This document shows, piece by piece, positions 12,655 to 24,370 of a stretch of DNA of 64,000 bases (its first letter is position 1; every line of letters starts with the position of its first letter). A program made the translations under genes and the position numbers. Origin of the DNA: Octopus sinensis (Eukaryota). The DNA is taken from positions 185,814,001 through 185,878,000 of the forward strand of contig NC_042997.1 of NCBI RefSeq assembly GCF_006345805.1, in the 5' to 3' direction. The notes under the pieces were generated by a model. The model was not told the DNA's origin. It ran no database searches and saw only the letters and a program-made list of their open reading frames with translations.

Positions 12655-13020
12655 TTTTATTCTCTTACTTGTCTCACTCTTTTGACTGCTGCCATGCTGG
12701 AGCACCGCCTCGAAGGGTTTTAGTGGAACAAATCGACCTCAGGACTTTTTAAAAACCCTAATACTTATTCTATCGGCCTGCCTATAGCCGAAGCGCTATG
12801 TTACGGGGACGTAAACACACCAATACCGGTTGTCAAGCGATGATGTGGGTACAAACACAGACACAAAGACACACACCGATATATATATATATATATATAT
12901 ATCTACACACGCATACATATACGACAGGCTTCTTTCAGTTTCTGTCTACTAAATCTACCCACAAGGCTTTAGTCGGCCCGAGGCTATAGTAGCGGACGCT
13001 TGCCCAAGGTGCCACGCAGT
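12655..13020 (-). mobile_element. SINE family B, 5'-truncated
   Basis: Tail and CORE-like region present; ends at actgcgtggcacc. Confidence 0.9.
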
Positions 13021-13021
13021 G

Positions 13022-13187
13022 ATAGGCGCAGGAGTGACTGTGTGGTAAGAAGTTTGCTTCCCAAACACATGGTTCTGTGTCCGAAAGTCCCATTGCGTGG
13101 CACCTTGCGCGAGTATCTTCTACTATAGCCTCAGACCGACTAAAACCCAGTGATTGGATTTGGTAGATGGAAACTGGAAGAAGGCCA

Positions 13188-13239
<52 letters not shown>

Positions 13240-13460
13240 TATATATACGGATCTGTGGATGTGTCTATGTGTTTGACAACCGGTGTTGGTGTGTTTACGT
13301 CCCCGTAGCATATCGACCCCAGGTACGGGAAAAGAGATCGATAGAATAAGTACTAAGCTTTGAAGAAAAAAAAGGTACTGGAGTCGATTCGTTCGACTAA
13401 AATCTTTCAAGCCAGCGCCCCAGTCTAATGATTGAACCAAGTAAAAGATGAAAGAAAAAA
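13022..13460 (+). mobile_element. SINE family B, interrupted by (TA)n
   Basis: Head aggcgcaggagtgactgtgtggtaag, internal TA expansion, tail tgattgaaccaagtaaaag. Confidence 0.85.
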
Positions 13461-13944
13461 GATTTCGAATCATAATTTCCAGCAATAAAAAATTTTAGAT
13501 TATACATAATGAAGTCATGCCCACACGATCGGACGCTACCTAGCCGGCATACTCTAAATGCATGCTATCAAATAAAACTGGCGGACAAGCTAACGGAGTT
13601 CTCATGCCCTTCCTTAAGCGATATTACCAGTAGTGACAACCTAGCTAGTGGCTTGTTGCCGTGTATTATTATACTGCACGACGTTATGCTGTTTTAGTTT
13701 AACTGTCCTGTGATTATTCATGCGACACTCCGTGGTGATCTTACCACACTCACCACCGACTAGTTACTGACACTCGACTAAATCTGCCACCAAGAACCTC
13801 GTGAGCCAGACAACGTACCGCCAGGCACTGTCCTAAGGAAAATATCACATCATCAATTTTCAACTAGCGTCGTTGAAAAAACGCATCTTAATTTTCAATG
13901 TTTTCTTTCTTAAAGAATTGCTGCTTCCATGCCGCAAGGAACAA

Positions 13945-13974
<30 letters not shown>

Positions 13975-13975
<1 letters not shown>

Positions 13976-14115
13976 ATATTCTTATCGATAATTATTTATC
14001 GACCCTGCAAGGATAAAAAGTAAAGTCGACTTCGGCGATATTTGAACGCGGAAAATAAAGACAAACGAAACGCCGCTAACTTTTATGCCCAGTGTGCTAA
14101 CGATCCTGCCAGCTC
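13975..14115 (-). mobile_element. SINE family A (partial)
   Basis: Reverse core and head. Confidence 0.7.
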
Positions 14116-14156
14116 ACCTCATGCACAATCACACTCACGAACATATTTATAATGTA

Positions 14157-14554
14157 CTAGCAGTATCGCCCGGCGTTGCTCGGGTTTGTAAGGGAAATAA
14201 CTATATAAGCATTTTTAGAGAGTTATAGCCAAAAAATAGCAAAAAATGCATTAAAAATGGGAAAAGAATTATGGTAAATTTTTTTTTAAATCGTTGACTC
14301 ATCGTAGACATTTTTAGAGAGTTACTTCTCTTATATAATAGCGAAAAAAATGCATTAAAATGGAAAAGATTTATGGTAATTTTTTTTTTAAATCGTAGAC
14401 TCATCGTAGACGCGCGCTAATACCCAGAAGGGCTCGATATGAATCACGACTATAAGATACCCGGTTTTGGTTAAACTGCACCGCAAAATGTGGGAGCAGT
14501 TAGGAATCTAAATCGTAGGAGACAGACACACAACTTGACTTTTATATATAAAGA
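14157..14554 (-). mobile_element. Non-autonomous Helitron-like element
   Basis: Minus strand begins A|TCTTTATATATAAAAG and ends with hairpin cccgagcaacgccggg + atactgCTAG|T. Contains an internal tandem duplication of about 105 bp. Confidence 0.75.
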
Positions 14555-15185
14555 TATTACATATACATAAACAAACATGTGCACACATATACATACGCAA
14601 ATGTGTGTGTATATGTATGTGTGTGAATGAGTGTATGTACGTGTGTTTCAGTAGTAGAGAACTCGTCTGTTTCACAGGTCTAGTTGAAAGAAATGAGCTC
14701 TGTGTGGGATTGAGTCTTCATTTCAAGTATGCTCTTTCCATACTCGCCATATTCCATATCTATATATAAGTGTATGTGTTCGAAAATATGTCTGATGGCA
14801 TTGATGGCGTTGATGACGATGGCGACGATGATAATGCTGTTGATACTGCTGTAGATGATGGTGATGATGATGATGATGAAGGGGAGGAGAAGGACCAAAG
14901 GAGGAGAGGGATGATAGCAATGATGTTGTTGATGATGATGATTATGACGTTGGTGTCTGTTCAGTGTTGAATGTGATAACAGATTATACCTGCACCACCA
15001 CAACCACCAGCACCACCACTACTACCATTCTTCTCTAGTAGACACTAGCTACTATAGAACGGAGAAAGAAAATGGAGTCGGAAAACACACTATGAACTGC
15101 AAGACATCAGAAAAAAGTCCCTGGAGGGATTTAGTAGACATGTAGACAGTGCTGACTAAACGAAAATATTTGATTCCTAACGGAA

Positions 15186-15263
<78 letters not shown>

Positions 15264-15289
15264 AATATATAAATGAATGAATTTTTTAT

Positions 15290-15620
15290 ATATAATGAAC
15301 GTGAAATACAGGAAGGACGAACACGGAACATAGACAAATCATTCGAAGCCTTCAATCTTCAGTCAGACACCGAATCATCATAGCAAATTTCGGCGTTCAA
15401 TTCTGATATTTGCTCCAACTCGGCCAGCCCCAAGAAAAAAAACTAAGCTGTAAGCATTAGATTTCTTGGTGTAGAAGACAGGAATGTGAACGCACAAGAC
15501 GGATGTGATACAAGAGACGAAAACGAAATTGAAAAACAGTAATGAATAAACCAAAATATATATAACGGTGGTTGTCATACGACTTTAGACCAAATGAGAC
15601 AAAAAAAAACAAACAACATA
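15290..15620. repeat. Unclassified interspersed repeat (related copies near 25050-25410 and 29900-30100)
   Basis: Shared blocks such as aatctggccagcgccaaggaaaaactaagctaagagcactagatt and gccgaaatt..gatgattcggtgtctgactgaag. Confidence 0.5.
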
Positions 15621-16183
15621 GCTGCGTAGAGAAATAATTACCGTTTCGGTAGCGGGGACACATGTTGGTCGAGATACGAAGGCCAACAGAATGATTTAGA
15701 AGCAGCAGGTCGCAGGAGAGAGAGAAAGAGAGACAGAGAGAGAGGGAATCAAAGAGGGTGGAAGGCAGGGGACAGAATCAGTGACAAGAGAAAAGGAGAA
15801 AGAAGGGATTAAGGAGGATGGAGGAAGAGGGGAGGAGGATGGGAGGAGGAAGAGAGGGGAAGAATCGGAGGGCGCCAAAAAGTTTGGTGAAGAAGCAATG
15901 GCGGGTAGGAAAGACAGTGTGTATAGAAGTCGTGCAGGGTTTAAAATGGACAAACAAAACGGGGGGGGGGGGGGTGCACGTAACGCCGCAATAATATAAG
16001 AATGAATGTTTTTATATATAATGAACGTGAAATACAGGAATATATATACACGTATGTATATGCGTGTATGTAAGTGTGTATATGCAATTGTATGCATGTA
16101 AGTATCCGTATGAATGTGTGTATGTATGTACTATATATGTGTATATAAGCATGTGTGTATGTGTGCAAGCATGCGTCTATATA

Positions 16184-16398
16184 TTCTTTTAGTCTTTTAC
16201 TTGCTTCAGTCGTTCGATTGCGGCCGTGCTGGAGTACTGCCTTCAGTCGAACAAATCGACCCCAGGACTTATTCTTTGTAAGATTAATACTTGTCCTATC
16301 GATCGCTTTTGGTGAACCGCTAATTTACGGGGACGTAAACGCATCAACATCGGTTGTCAAGCGATGGTGGGGACAAACACATACACACACGCGCACAT

Positions 16399-16431
<33 letters not shown>

Positions 16432-16616
16432 ATATATATATATATGTATATAAACATAGGACGGGCTTCTTTCAGTTTCCGTCCACCAAATTCACTCACA
16501 AGGCTTTGGTCGGCCCGAGGCTATAGAAGACACTTGCCCAAGGTGCCACGCAGTGGGACTGAACCCGGGACCATGTGGTTGGTAAGCAAGCTACTTACCA
16601 CACATCCACGCCTGCG
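16184..16616 (-). mobile_element. SINE family B, full length
   Basis: Complete head, CORE-like block, internal microsatellite and tail. Confidence 0.92.
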
Positions 16617-16689
16617 TGTATATATGTATATCATTTCTATTCTTGAAACTAATGTGTAGATACATTTGTTTCCACAGACATTGTATTAC

Positions 16690-16910
16690 TGTAATTTTGG
16701 TTTCAAATTTTGACTCAATGCCATCGTTGTCGGGGAAGGAGTAAGTCGGTTACATCGACCTCAGTACTCAACTGGAACTTACGTTATTGATCTCGAAAAG
16801 ATGAAAGGCAAAGTCGACCACGGCGGAATTTCAACTCATAACGTAAAGACGACCGAAATGCCGCTAAGCATTTTTGTTTTGTCCGGAGTGCTTGCGGCTC
16901 TGCCAGTTAA
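16690..16910 (-). mobile_element. SINE family A, tail type 3
   Basis: Core plus tail ending aaatttgaaacc. Confidence 0.75.
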
Positions 16911-17060
16911 CTCCCTTGCTTTACTGTGATATTATATAATATATCCTTACAGTTATATAGTAGAAAAACATACGTTGTTACACAAACAATAGATAAATAC
17001 ACACCCATCCACGCACACACTTGTACACACACAGATCTATATACTAGTACGTATATATAT

Positions 17061-17422
17061 ATACGAGCAAAACGCCCCCATCCAATGGACGGTGCTGAGT
17101 TGTCAAACATTTAAACCAAATTTTCTCAAAACAACTTGTCCGACCGTTCCATAGGCCTCCCCTTTGAGAAACATTGATTTAAACTAAATTTGAGACAGCA
17201 GCAAAAGAAGAAAAAAAAGATAGACTTTTTTTTCTATTCCAAAGAAAAACGATTTCCCACGGTTTTATCGATCGTATTCTCACCTGGAATCGATTTTTGT
17301 AATTTTTTCAAGACTTATACACGCTCTGATATATCTACACATCAAATTTGAGCGCAATCGGATGGAGGATGCCCGAGATCCTAGAAGACACACACACACA
17401 GACAGACAGAACGGATTTTATA
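17061..17422 (-). mobile_element. Non-autonomous Helitron/Helentron-like element (second copy at 30837-31392)
   Basis: One end tataaaatccgttctgtctgtctg, the other gggggcgttttgctcgtat. Clear homology to 30837-31392; superfamily assignment is inferred. Confidence 0.55.
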
Positions 17423-17449
17423 ATATATATATATATACACACACATACA

Positions 17450-18253
17450 TACAAAATATAAAGTTATATCTTGAGTGACAACAACGCTCAAGATATACAA
17501 CGGACTGGAAATAGAAGTGCTCCAATGAGCTGTATACACTTTTTTATCCAAGGGCAGGCAATACGAGAAACAACCACAGGAACATCACAAAATTCAAAGA
17601 TAGACCAAACACATACAAATCCTATATCGACGAAAAAATTTCTGGGAGTACGTAAATGCCGTGTTCTGAGAATGGCCGGTATGTGATTGTGCATTTGTTC
17701 ATGTTTTATATGTGTTGTATAGGACATCCTGATGAGGGGAAGCCAATTTTAAGTACTGATATGTCTAATATTAATTGGCACATCCCCGAAACGGCCCGTA
17801 GATGGACTTCTGTATATCTTAGATTTTTGTAAGCTTGTATATGTATTATATTCTATGTATTATTCGCCGGAATTTTATTCGTCTTTTGATATGCCATATT
17901 TTTATTTTATTATCATTATATTTATTTCTGTTATTCTAACAGTTTTAAGCGTGTTTTATGCAAAATTTATATTTATATTTATTTTTATTTTTATATTTTT
18001 ATGTGTATATGATACTTATATATTACTGAATTAAAATTTTTTTTTTTAATGCCAGACTGTTTAGATATAAATTAGTATATAGGATTTGTATGTGTTTGGT
18101 ATGTCTTTGAATTTTGTGGTGTACCTGTGGTTGTTGCTTCTATTGCCTCCCCTTGGATAAAAAAGTGTATACAGCTCGTTGGAGCACTTCTATTTCCAGT
18201 CCGTTGTATATCTTGAGTGTTGTTGTCACTCAAGATATAACTTTATATTTTGT
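17450..18253. mobile_element. Fold-back element: about 178-bp inverted arms around a hammerhead-containing core (Penelope-like derivative)
   Basis: Arms 17450-17627 and 18077-18253 are reverse complements. Confidence 0.8.
17725..17804 (+). ncRNA. Type I hammerhead ribozyme motif
   Basis: catc-CTGATGA-GGGGA..gccaatt/aattggc..TCCCC-GAAAC-ggccc-GTA-gatg. Stem I is catc/gatg and stem II is long. Confidence 0.8.
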
Positions 18254-18388
18254 ATATATATATATACATACATACATACACAAATACATGCATACGGAAT
18301 AGCAACAAACAATTTAATCGCGAACGCTCATCTTCGAACTATGCTCCCTCCTCCAAGCGCCTCTCCCACGCATAGCACCAATCCTCAC

Positions 18389-18468
18389 GAGCTGTAGTTT
18401 CTCATTGTGACCGCTATGCAGAATTTTCCATCAACGACATTCCACTCATAATCCATCTGTCGATTCGC
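18389..18468 (-). CDS. Candidate internal coding exon, product unknown
   Basis: ggattttacag| acceptor, |gtgagg donor, open frame ANRQMDYEWNVVDGKFCIAVTMRNYS. Confidence 0.25.
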
Positions 18469-19155
18469 CTGTAAAATCCAGTTCCTGATTTCTTCAATAA
18501 TTTCCCCTCAAACTAACAGCGTTTCTAATTATTTCAATGGTTGAAGAAAAGCACTAGAATATCTTAGCTGGGACATCTGTCCTTACAGAGTCTTTGCAAT
18601 TGTTCGGAATCAGTGAAGTGTTACTGACAACAATAGCAGTGCCATTAACAATAATTTCAGCCTTCAGGAGATGTCTGTTAGTTGGAGACATGGGAACTGC
18701 TAAACTCTTTCTGCGTCATTGCAGAAGCAATGATCTTGATGCAAGTACGCTGAGTCATTATATGTTCTTCTTATTAATATTTCGAACAGAATAGGAATTA
18801 ACGAAGCAACTATTACATTTAATTGATTAGAAAATGGAGAGAAAGAAAGGGGAAAAAAATTATTGTAAACAATAAGAAAAATATGATAAAAACTTTTATA
18901 AAAAAATAAATATCAATAATTAAAATAAACAAATATATACAACAACAAAAAGTGAAGAATATAGAAATGGAAACTGAATATTTTTCACATCACTTTCACA
19001 TGAATTCTCACACATTTTTTACACACATATTCATATAAAAACATTTCATACAATTACATATATACGCATATGCCCATCTATGCATGCATACATATATAAA
19101 TATAGCCATACATACAAACATATACATACACAAACACGCACAAACGCACACACAA

Positions 19156-19186
<31 letters not shown>

Positions 19187-19290
19187 CAAAAAAACACATA
19201 TATAGACACACACACACATATATAAATACATGTAAATATATATATATAAATGTAAATATATACATATATATGCTGGAGTAAGCACATAAA

Positions 19291-19460
19291 TGTGAAACAA
19301 GGTGGAAAAAAAGAGTACTCAAATACTCTTTTTTCCACCTTGTTTCACAGAGGTAGAGTAATATGCTTCATTTAAAAGCAGCAGAAATATAACAAAAGCT
19401 GTTACTCAGAGTTTCACATTCCCAAACTCTAAGTATCAGCTTTTGTTATATTTCTGCTGC

Positions 19461-19465
<5 letters not shown>
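19291..19465. repeat. Two adjacent near-perfect hairpins
   Basis: 19291-19349 (about 26-bp arms) and 19373-19465 (about 42-bp arms). Confidence 0.85.
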
Positions 19466-19525
<60 letters not shown>

Positions 19526-19539
19526 AAGGGAAAGTTTAC

Positions 19540-19725
19540 GAAAATAAACAAAAGACGAAGGTAGGTGATGTACAAACAAACAGATGTATTAGTATAGCGC
19601 CCAGGAATAGAAAAAGACTTTTACGTTTCGCACCTACGCTCTTCTACAGAAAGATACACAGAAAAAAACAAGGAGAGAAACCAGGAGAGAAAAAAAATGT
19701 GTGTAGTAGCTAACGATCTATGATG
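19540..19725 (-). mobile_element. Penelope-like terminal fragment with variant hammerhead core (related copies 24880-25035 + and 30130-30270 -)
   Basis: Minus strand 19618-19653 reads cttt-CTGTAGA-agagcgtaggtgc-GAAAC-GTA-aaag. Confidence 0.55.
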
Positions 19726-19727
19726 TT

Positions 19728-19761
<34 letters not shown>

Positions 19762-20275
19762 TCCATGTACTATATCACATAAATGCAAATAAAAGTATGT
19801 TTATTTACATGCATATCGACATCTTCGTTTTTGATTTGCTATTTTCATACAAATATGAAATATATGAAAGATTTTCATAATCGACTTAGATAATATATGC
19901 GATAACGTAACTCCAGGTATCTGACCGTAACTAGGTATATATGTATGCGTTAGCGGTGTGGGTGCATCAACTCCTGACGGAGTCCTAAGGATACTTTTGA
20001 GGTACATGGCGCGAGTTAGGCACTTTGAAACTGACGTAAACTATCTTTTTCTCTGTTTGAACGTATTTAATTTCTTCCACAGAAAGTATGAGCGCGCGCG
20101 CGTGTGTGAGTGTTTGTGTGAGAGAGAGAGAGAGAAGGGGGGAGAGAGAGAGAGAAATAGAGAAAGGACAGACTGACAAACAGAGTATTTAAGAGATAGA
20201 CAGAGAGAAGACGAAGTAGAAGAAATAGAAGACGAAAACAAAGAAGCAGAAGAAAAAACAACAACAACGACGACT

Positions 20276-20760
20276 TATGTATGTATGTATGTACGTATGT
20301 ATGTATGTACGTATGTATGTATATACGTATGTATGTATGTGCGTGCGTATGTACGTACGTATGTATGTATGTGCGTGCGTATGTACGTACGTATGTATGT
20401 ATGTATGTGCGTGCGTATGTACGTACGTATGTATGTATGTATGTATGTATGTGCGTGCGTGCGTATGTACGTACGTATGTATGTATGTATGTGCGTGCGT
20501 ATGTACGTACGTATGTATGTATGTATGTGCGTGCGTATGTACGTACGTATGTATGTATGTGCGTGCGTATGTACGTATGTATGTATGTACGTATGTACGT
20601 ATGTATGTATGTATGCACGTACGTACTTACGTATGTATTTATGTACATATGTACGTATGTAAGTATGTATGCACGTACGTACGTACGTACGTACGTATGT
20701 ATGTAAGTATGTACGTATGTATGTACGTGTGTATATATGTGTGTATGTATGTATATGTAG
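20276..20760. repeat. Compound (TATG)n/(TACG)n/(TGCG) tetranucleotide satellite
   Basis: Direct inspection. Confidence 0.95.
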
Positions 20761-21086
20761 TAATTGTTATTGCAACGCATAACGAAGACGGTATGTGTAG
20801 AGCCGCCGTCAATCTAAAGAAAAACTATTTCTCAATCTAATGGGGATTAATTAGCAATAATTAAACATGTAAGAGTAATTTCATCTCAGTGTGTGTTCGA
20901 CTTTACATAAAATTTTCCTTGCTTTCAACATGTATGTACATCTATTCGAGAGAGAAAAAGTAGGAGACACGGGAAGAGAGAGAGAGAGAGAAAGAGTGAG
21001 GGTGAGGAGAGTACTTATTTATAATATAAATACAAACAAATATACAAATATGAATATCCTTATGTATACAAACATGAAACAAGATA

Positions 21087-21480
21087 CAGGAGTGGCTGTG
21101 TGGTAAGTAGCTTGCTTACCTACCACATGGTTCTGGGTTCAATCCTACTGCGTGGCACCTTGGGCAAGTGTCTTCTACGATAGCCTCGGGCCGACCAAAG
21201 CCTTGTGAGTGGATTTGGTAGACGGAAACTGAAAGAAGCCCGTAGTATATAAGTATATGTACATATATGTGTGTGTGTGTTTGTCCCCCCCCCCAACATC
21301 GCTTGACAACCGATGTTGGTGCGTTTACGTCCCCGTAACTTAGCGGTTCAGTAAAAGAGACCCATAGGACAAGTACTAGGCTTACAAAGAATAAGTCCTG
21401 GGGTCGCTTTGCTCGACTAAAGGCGCTGCTCCAGCATGGCCATAGTCAAATGACTGGAGTAAAAGAGAGAGTAAAGAGTA
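21087..21480 (+). mobile_element. SINE family B, full length
   Basis: A-box-like tggctgtgtgg, B-box gggttcaatcc, CORE-like block, tail gactggagtaaaagagagagtaaagag. Confidence 0.92.
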
Positions 21481-22100
21481 TATATATATATATATATCAT
21501 TCCATACAAACCCAAAGCTGTGATTGGTCTGTACGTGTAAAGGAAGTGACGAAACATTCTGGCCATATTACCTCTCCCCTCACCCACCTGCTTCTCGTCC
21601 CCTTATTTTACTTCTCTACTTCCTCCTCCTTCTGCTCCTTTTATGTCACTTCTCGTCATCAACCAATTTCATGTTTTCCACCCTCTTAACCACTCTTCAT
21701 TTGACGATATTGCTGAACCACTATCTTCTTTGGTCTTCTAATAACTCTTTGGAAACATGCGGTGAGGGTCTCACATATGTAATGTAGTTGGAAATTTTCG
21801 ATTTGCTGGAGATTATCTTTCCAACTGGAAAACAAGCATTCGCCCTTTAAGTGTTCGAAGACACTGTATTACATATTTGAAATCCTACCATATGTATATT
21901 TAACATGCAATACGTTCCACTGTATCTTTGCAGTTAACGAGGCTGTGTGCGTGGGTGTATGTATGTGTGGGTGTGTGTGTAATATATGTATATGTGTGTG
22001 TGTGTGTCTACATATATATATGTATGTAAGAATGTACGTATGTATGTTGGTATGAATGTATGCATGTATATCTGTCTATCTATCTGCATGTGTGTGTATG

Positions 22101-22771
22101 TGTTAAATAAAATGAGACAACAAAACTAAGGCTGTGTGGAATTCATAGGACATTTATTAAGAGAAAGGTAGTCCTACAGATATTAGGAATATCGCATCAT
22201 CAGAGACGATATGAGAGAGGTAACTTAGAGGGAAATGGTTGAGTTCATTATTTGGAGTTAATTTGGAAAAGGATGGATATAGGAAGTATAAAGGGAAATA
22301 AGAGAATAAAAATAAAGGTAAAAATATATGTAGGATGATACAATTGCAGTTCCATTATCCAAGGAAAGTACTGTGTATAATGGATAGAAATGCTTCTTGT
22401 CCATGGTGCGTAGATTCTGTTAGGGGTTCATATTGTTTTATTACAAGTGCATAGTGTGGAGACATAAATTCCACGTGCTGTTCATTCAAAGGGGCCTTGT
22501 GGGAACTGCAACTGTAACATCCTACATATATTTTTACTTTTATTTTCATTTTTATTCTCTTTTTGCCCTTTATACTTCCTATATCCATTCCTTTTTCAAA
22601 ATAACTCCTTATACTGAACTCTACTATTTCCCTCTAGTTAACTCTCCCATATTGTCTCTGATGAAGGGATATCCCTAATATCCCAGAAACAGTTGAAAGA
22701 CTACCTTTCCCTTTATAAATGTCCTATAAACTCCACACAGCATTGGCTTTGTTGCCTTATTCTATTTAACA
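22101..22771. mobile_element. Fold-back element with about 250-bp inverted arms carrying decayed hammerhead motifs
   Basis: Arms 22101-22353 and 22502-22771. The right arm has gtct-CTGATGA-agggatat..atatccca-GAAAC-agttgaa-agac. Confidence 0.8.
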
Positions 22772-22936
22772 TGTCCATGCTCACACAAGACACGCACTAG
22801 ACTCCTCAATCGTATTATTATCGAACCGAGAGTCAAACTACTGCCCTTCCATAGCACTTACATAGCCTTACCTGCGATCTTGGGTCTTCTGCATACCAAT
22901 ACCTCTCATATGTATATATATATATATATATATATA

Positions 22937-23288
22937 TTCTTTTTATTCTTTTGTTTCAGTCATTTGACTGCAGCCATGCTGGAGCACCGCCTTTAGTCGA
23001 ACGAATCAATCGAGCCAAGTACTTATTCTATCGGTGTCTTTTGCCGAAGTTACGGAGACGTAAACACAAGATCGTCAGTTGTCAAGCGATGGTGGGGGAC
23101 AAACGCAGATACACAAATTTATATACAAATATATACGATGGGCTTCTTTCAGTTTCCGTCTACCAAATCCGCTAATAAGGCTTTGGTCGGCCCGAGGTTA
23201 TAGTAGAAGACACTTGCCCAAGGTTCCATACAGTGTGAATGAACCCAGAATCATATGATTGGGAAGCAAGCTTCTTACCACACAGTCA
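22937..23288 (-). mobile_element. SINE family B
   Basis: Tail, core and head motifs in reverse. Confidence 0.9.
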
Positions 23289-24138
23289 GACGGGTAACTT
23301 TGGAAATATACTTTTGTTACCATGGGTAATATCAGGAGATATGGCATACGTAAAATAATTATAATTTAAATTTTATCAATGTTTTTGTTTTTGGTACTTA
23401 TAGAAAACGATGAAATGAATGCTAATTTTCGAGAGAGATATTTATTACCTTAAAATAAAATTAAATAAAAAATTTCTCATTTATATACTTGCAATAAATA
23501 TAATTATTTTTCTAAATATCATCAACGTAATCTCCATTCTGCTGCATGGAAAACTTATCTCTGTAATTGCATCGAAGAATGCGTATTTTTCAGAATATTA
23601 TCATTGCCTGACACCAAGCCCCATATGTGCATTCATTCTGCTCTTTTCAATGTTAAATCTCTCTCCTTATCTATCCTTTTCTTTCTTTCTCTCTTTCGTT
23701 CTTTGTAAACGAAGTAAAGTGGGACTTGTGAAATCAACCAACAGTTTCTATCGACAACACACACACACATATATAATGAAAGAGAGAGAAAGAGAGAGAG
23801 ACAGACAGATACATACATATACGTTCATGAGATATAAATCAAATTTCTGGATTTTATACGGCAGGTGCCACTACAAAATCTGAAGTTATTTTATAAGAAA
23901 AAGATTCAGTGTTAAATAGTTATTCATTCACAACAAAAGGCGAGAAGCAGGAAACAATATGAATGCTTGTACAGCTACCTGCCTGCGATACATCAGTTGT
24001 CGTTAAATGTCGACATGCTAGAAGTAGCAGATAAATTTCTCCATTGTCACAAACAATAACGATACTCCCACTCTTAACATACAAACATGTAAACGCGCAT
24101 GCGCAGACAAAAAGTCGCACTAACATACATAAATATAT

Positions 24139-24370
24139 ATTTCTTTATTGCCCACAAGGGGTTAAACATAGAGGGGACAAACAAGGACAGACAAACGGAT
24201 TAAGTCGATTACATCGAACCCAGTGCGTAACTGGTACTTTATTTATCGACCCCGAAAGGATGAAAGGCAAAGTCGACCTCTGCGGAATTTGAACTCACAA
24301 CGTAACGACAGACGAAATACGGCTACGCATTTCGCCCGGCGTGCTAACGTTTTTGCCAGCTCGCCGCCTT
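24139..24370 (-). mobile_element. SINE family A, tail type 1, full length
   Basis: aaggcggcgagctggcaaaaacgttag ... gtgggcaataaagaaat. Confidence 0.92.

Noticed and set aside
14680-15003. Poly-His / poly-Asp ORFs
   Set aside because: Degenerate GAT/CAC triplet tract with no splice or domain support.
15330-15375. CTGAAGA motif on the minus strand (and ctgagga near 29966)
   Set aside because: Followed by GAAT rather than GAAA, and stems I and III cannot be formed.
19970-20045. Hammerhead-like ctgacgga..gaaactgacgta
   Set aside because: The core has an extra base and no stem I pairing; at most a decayed relic.
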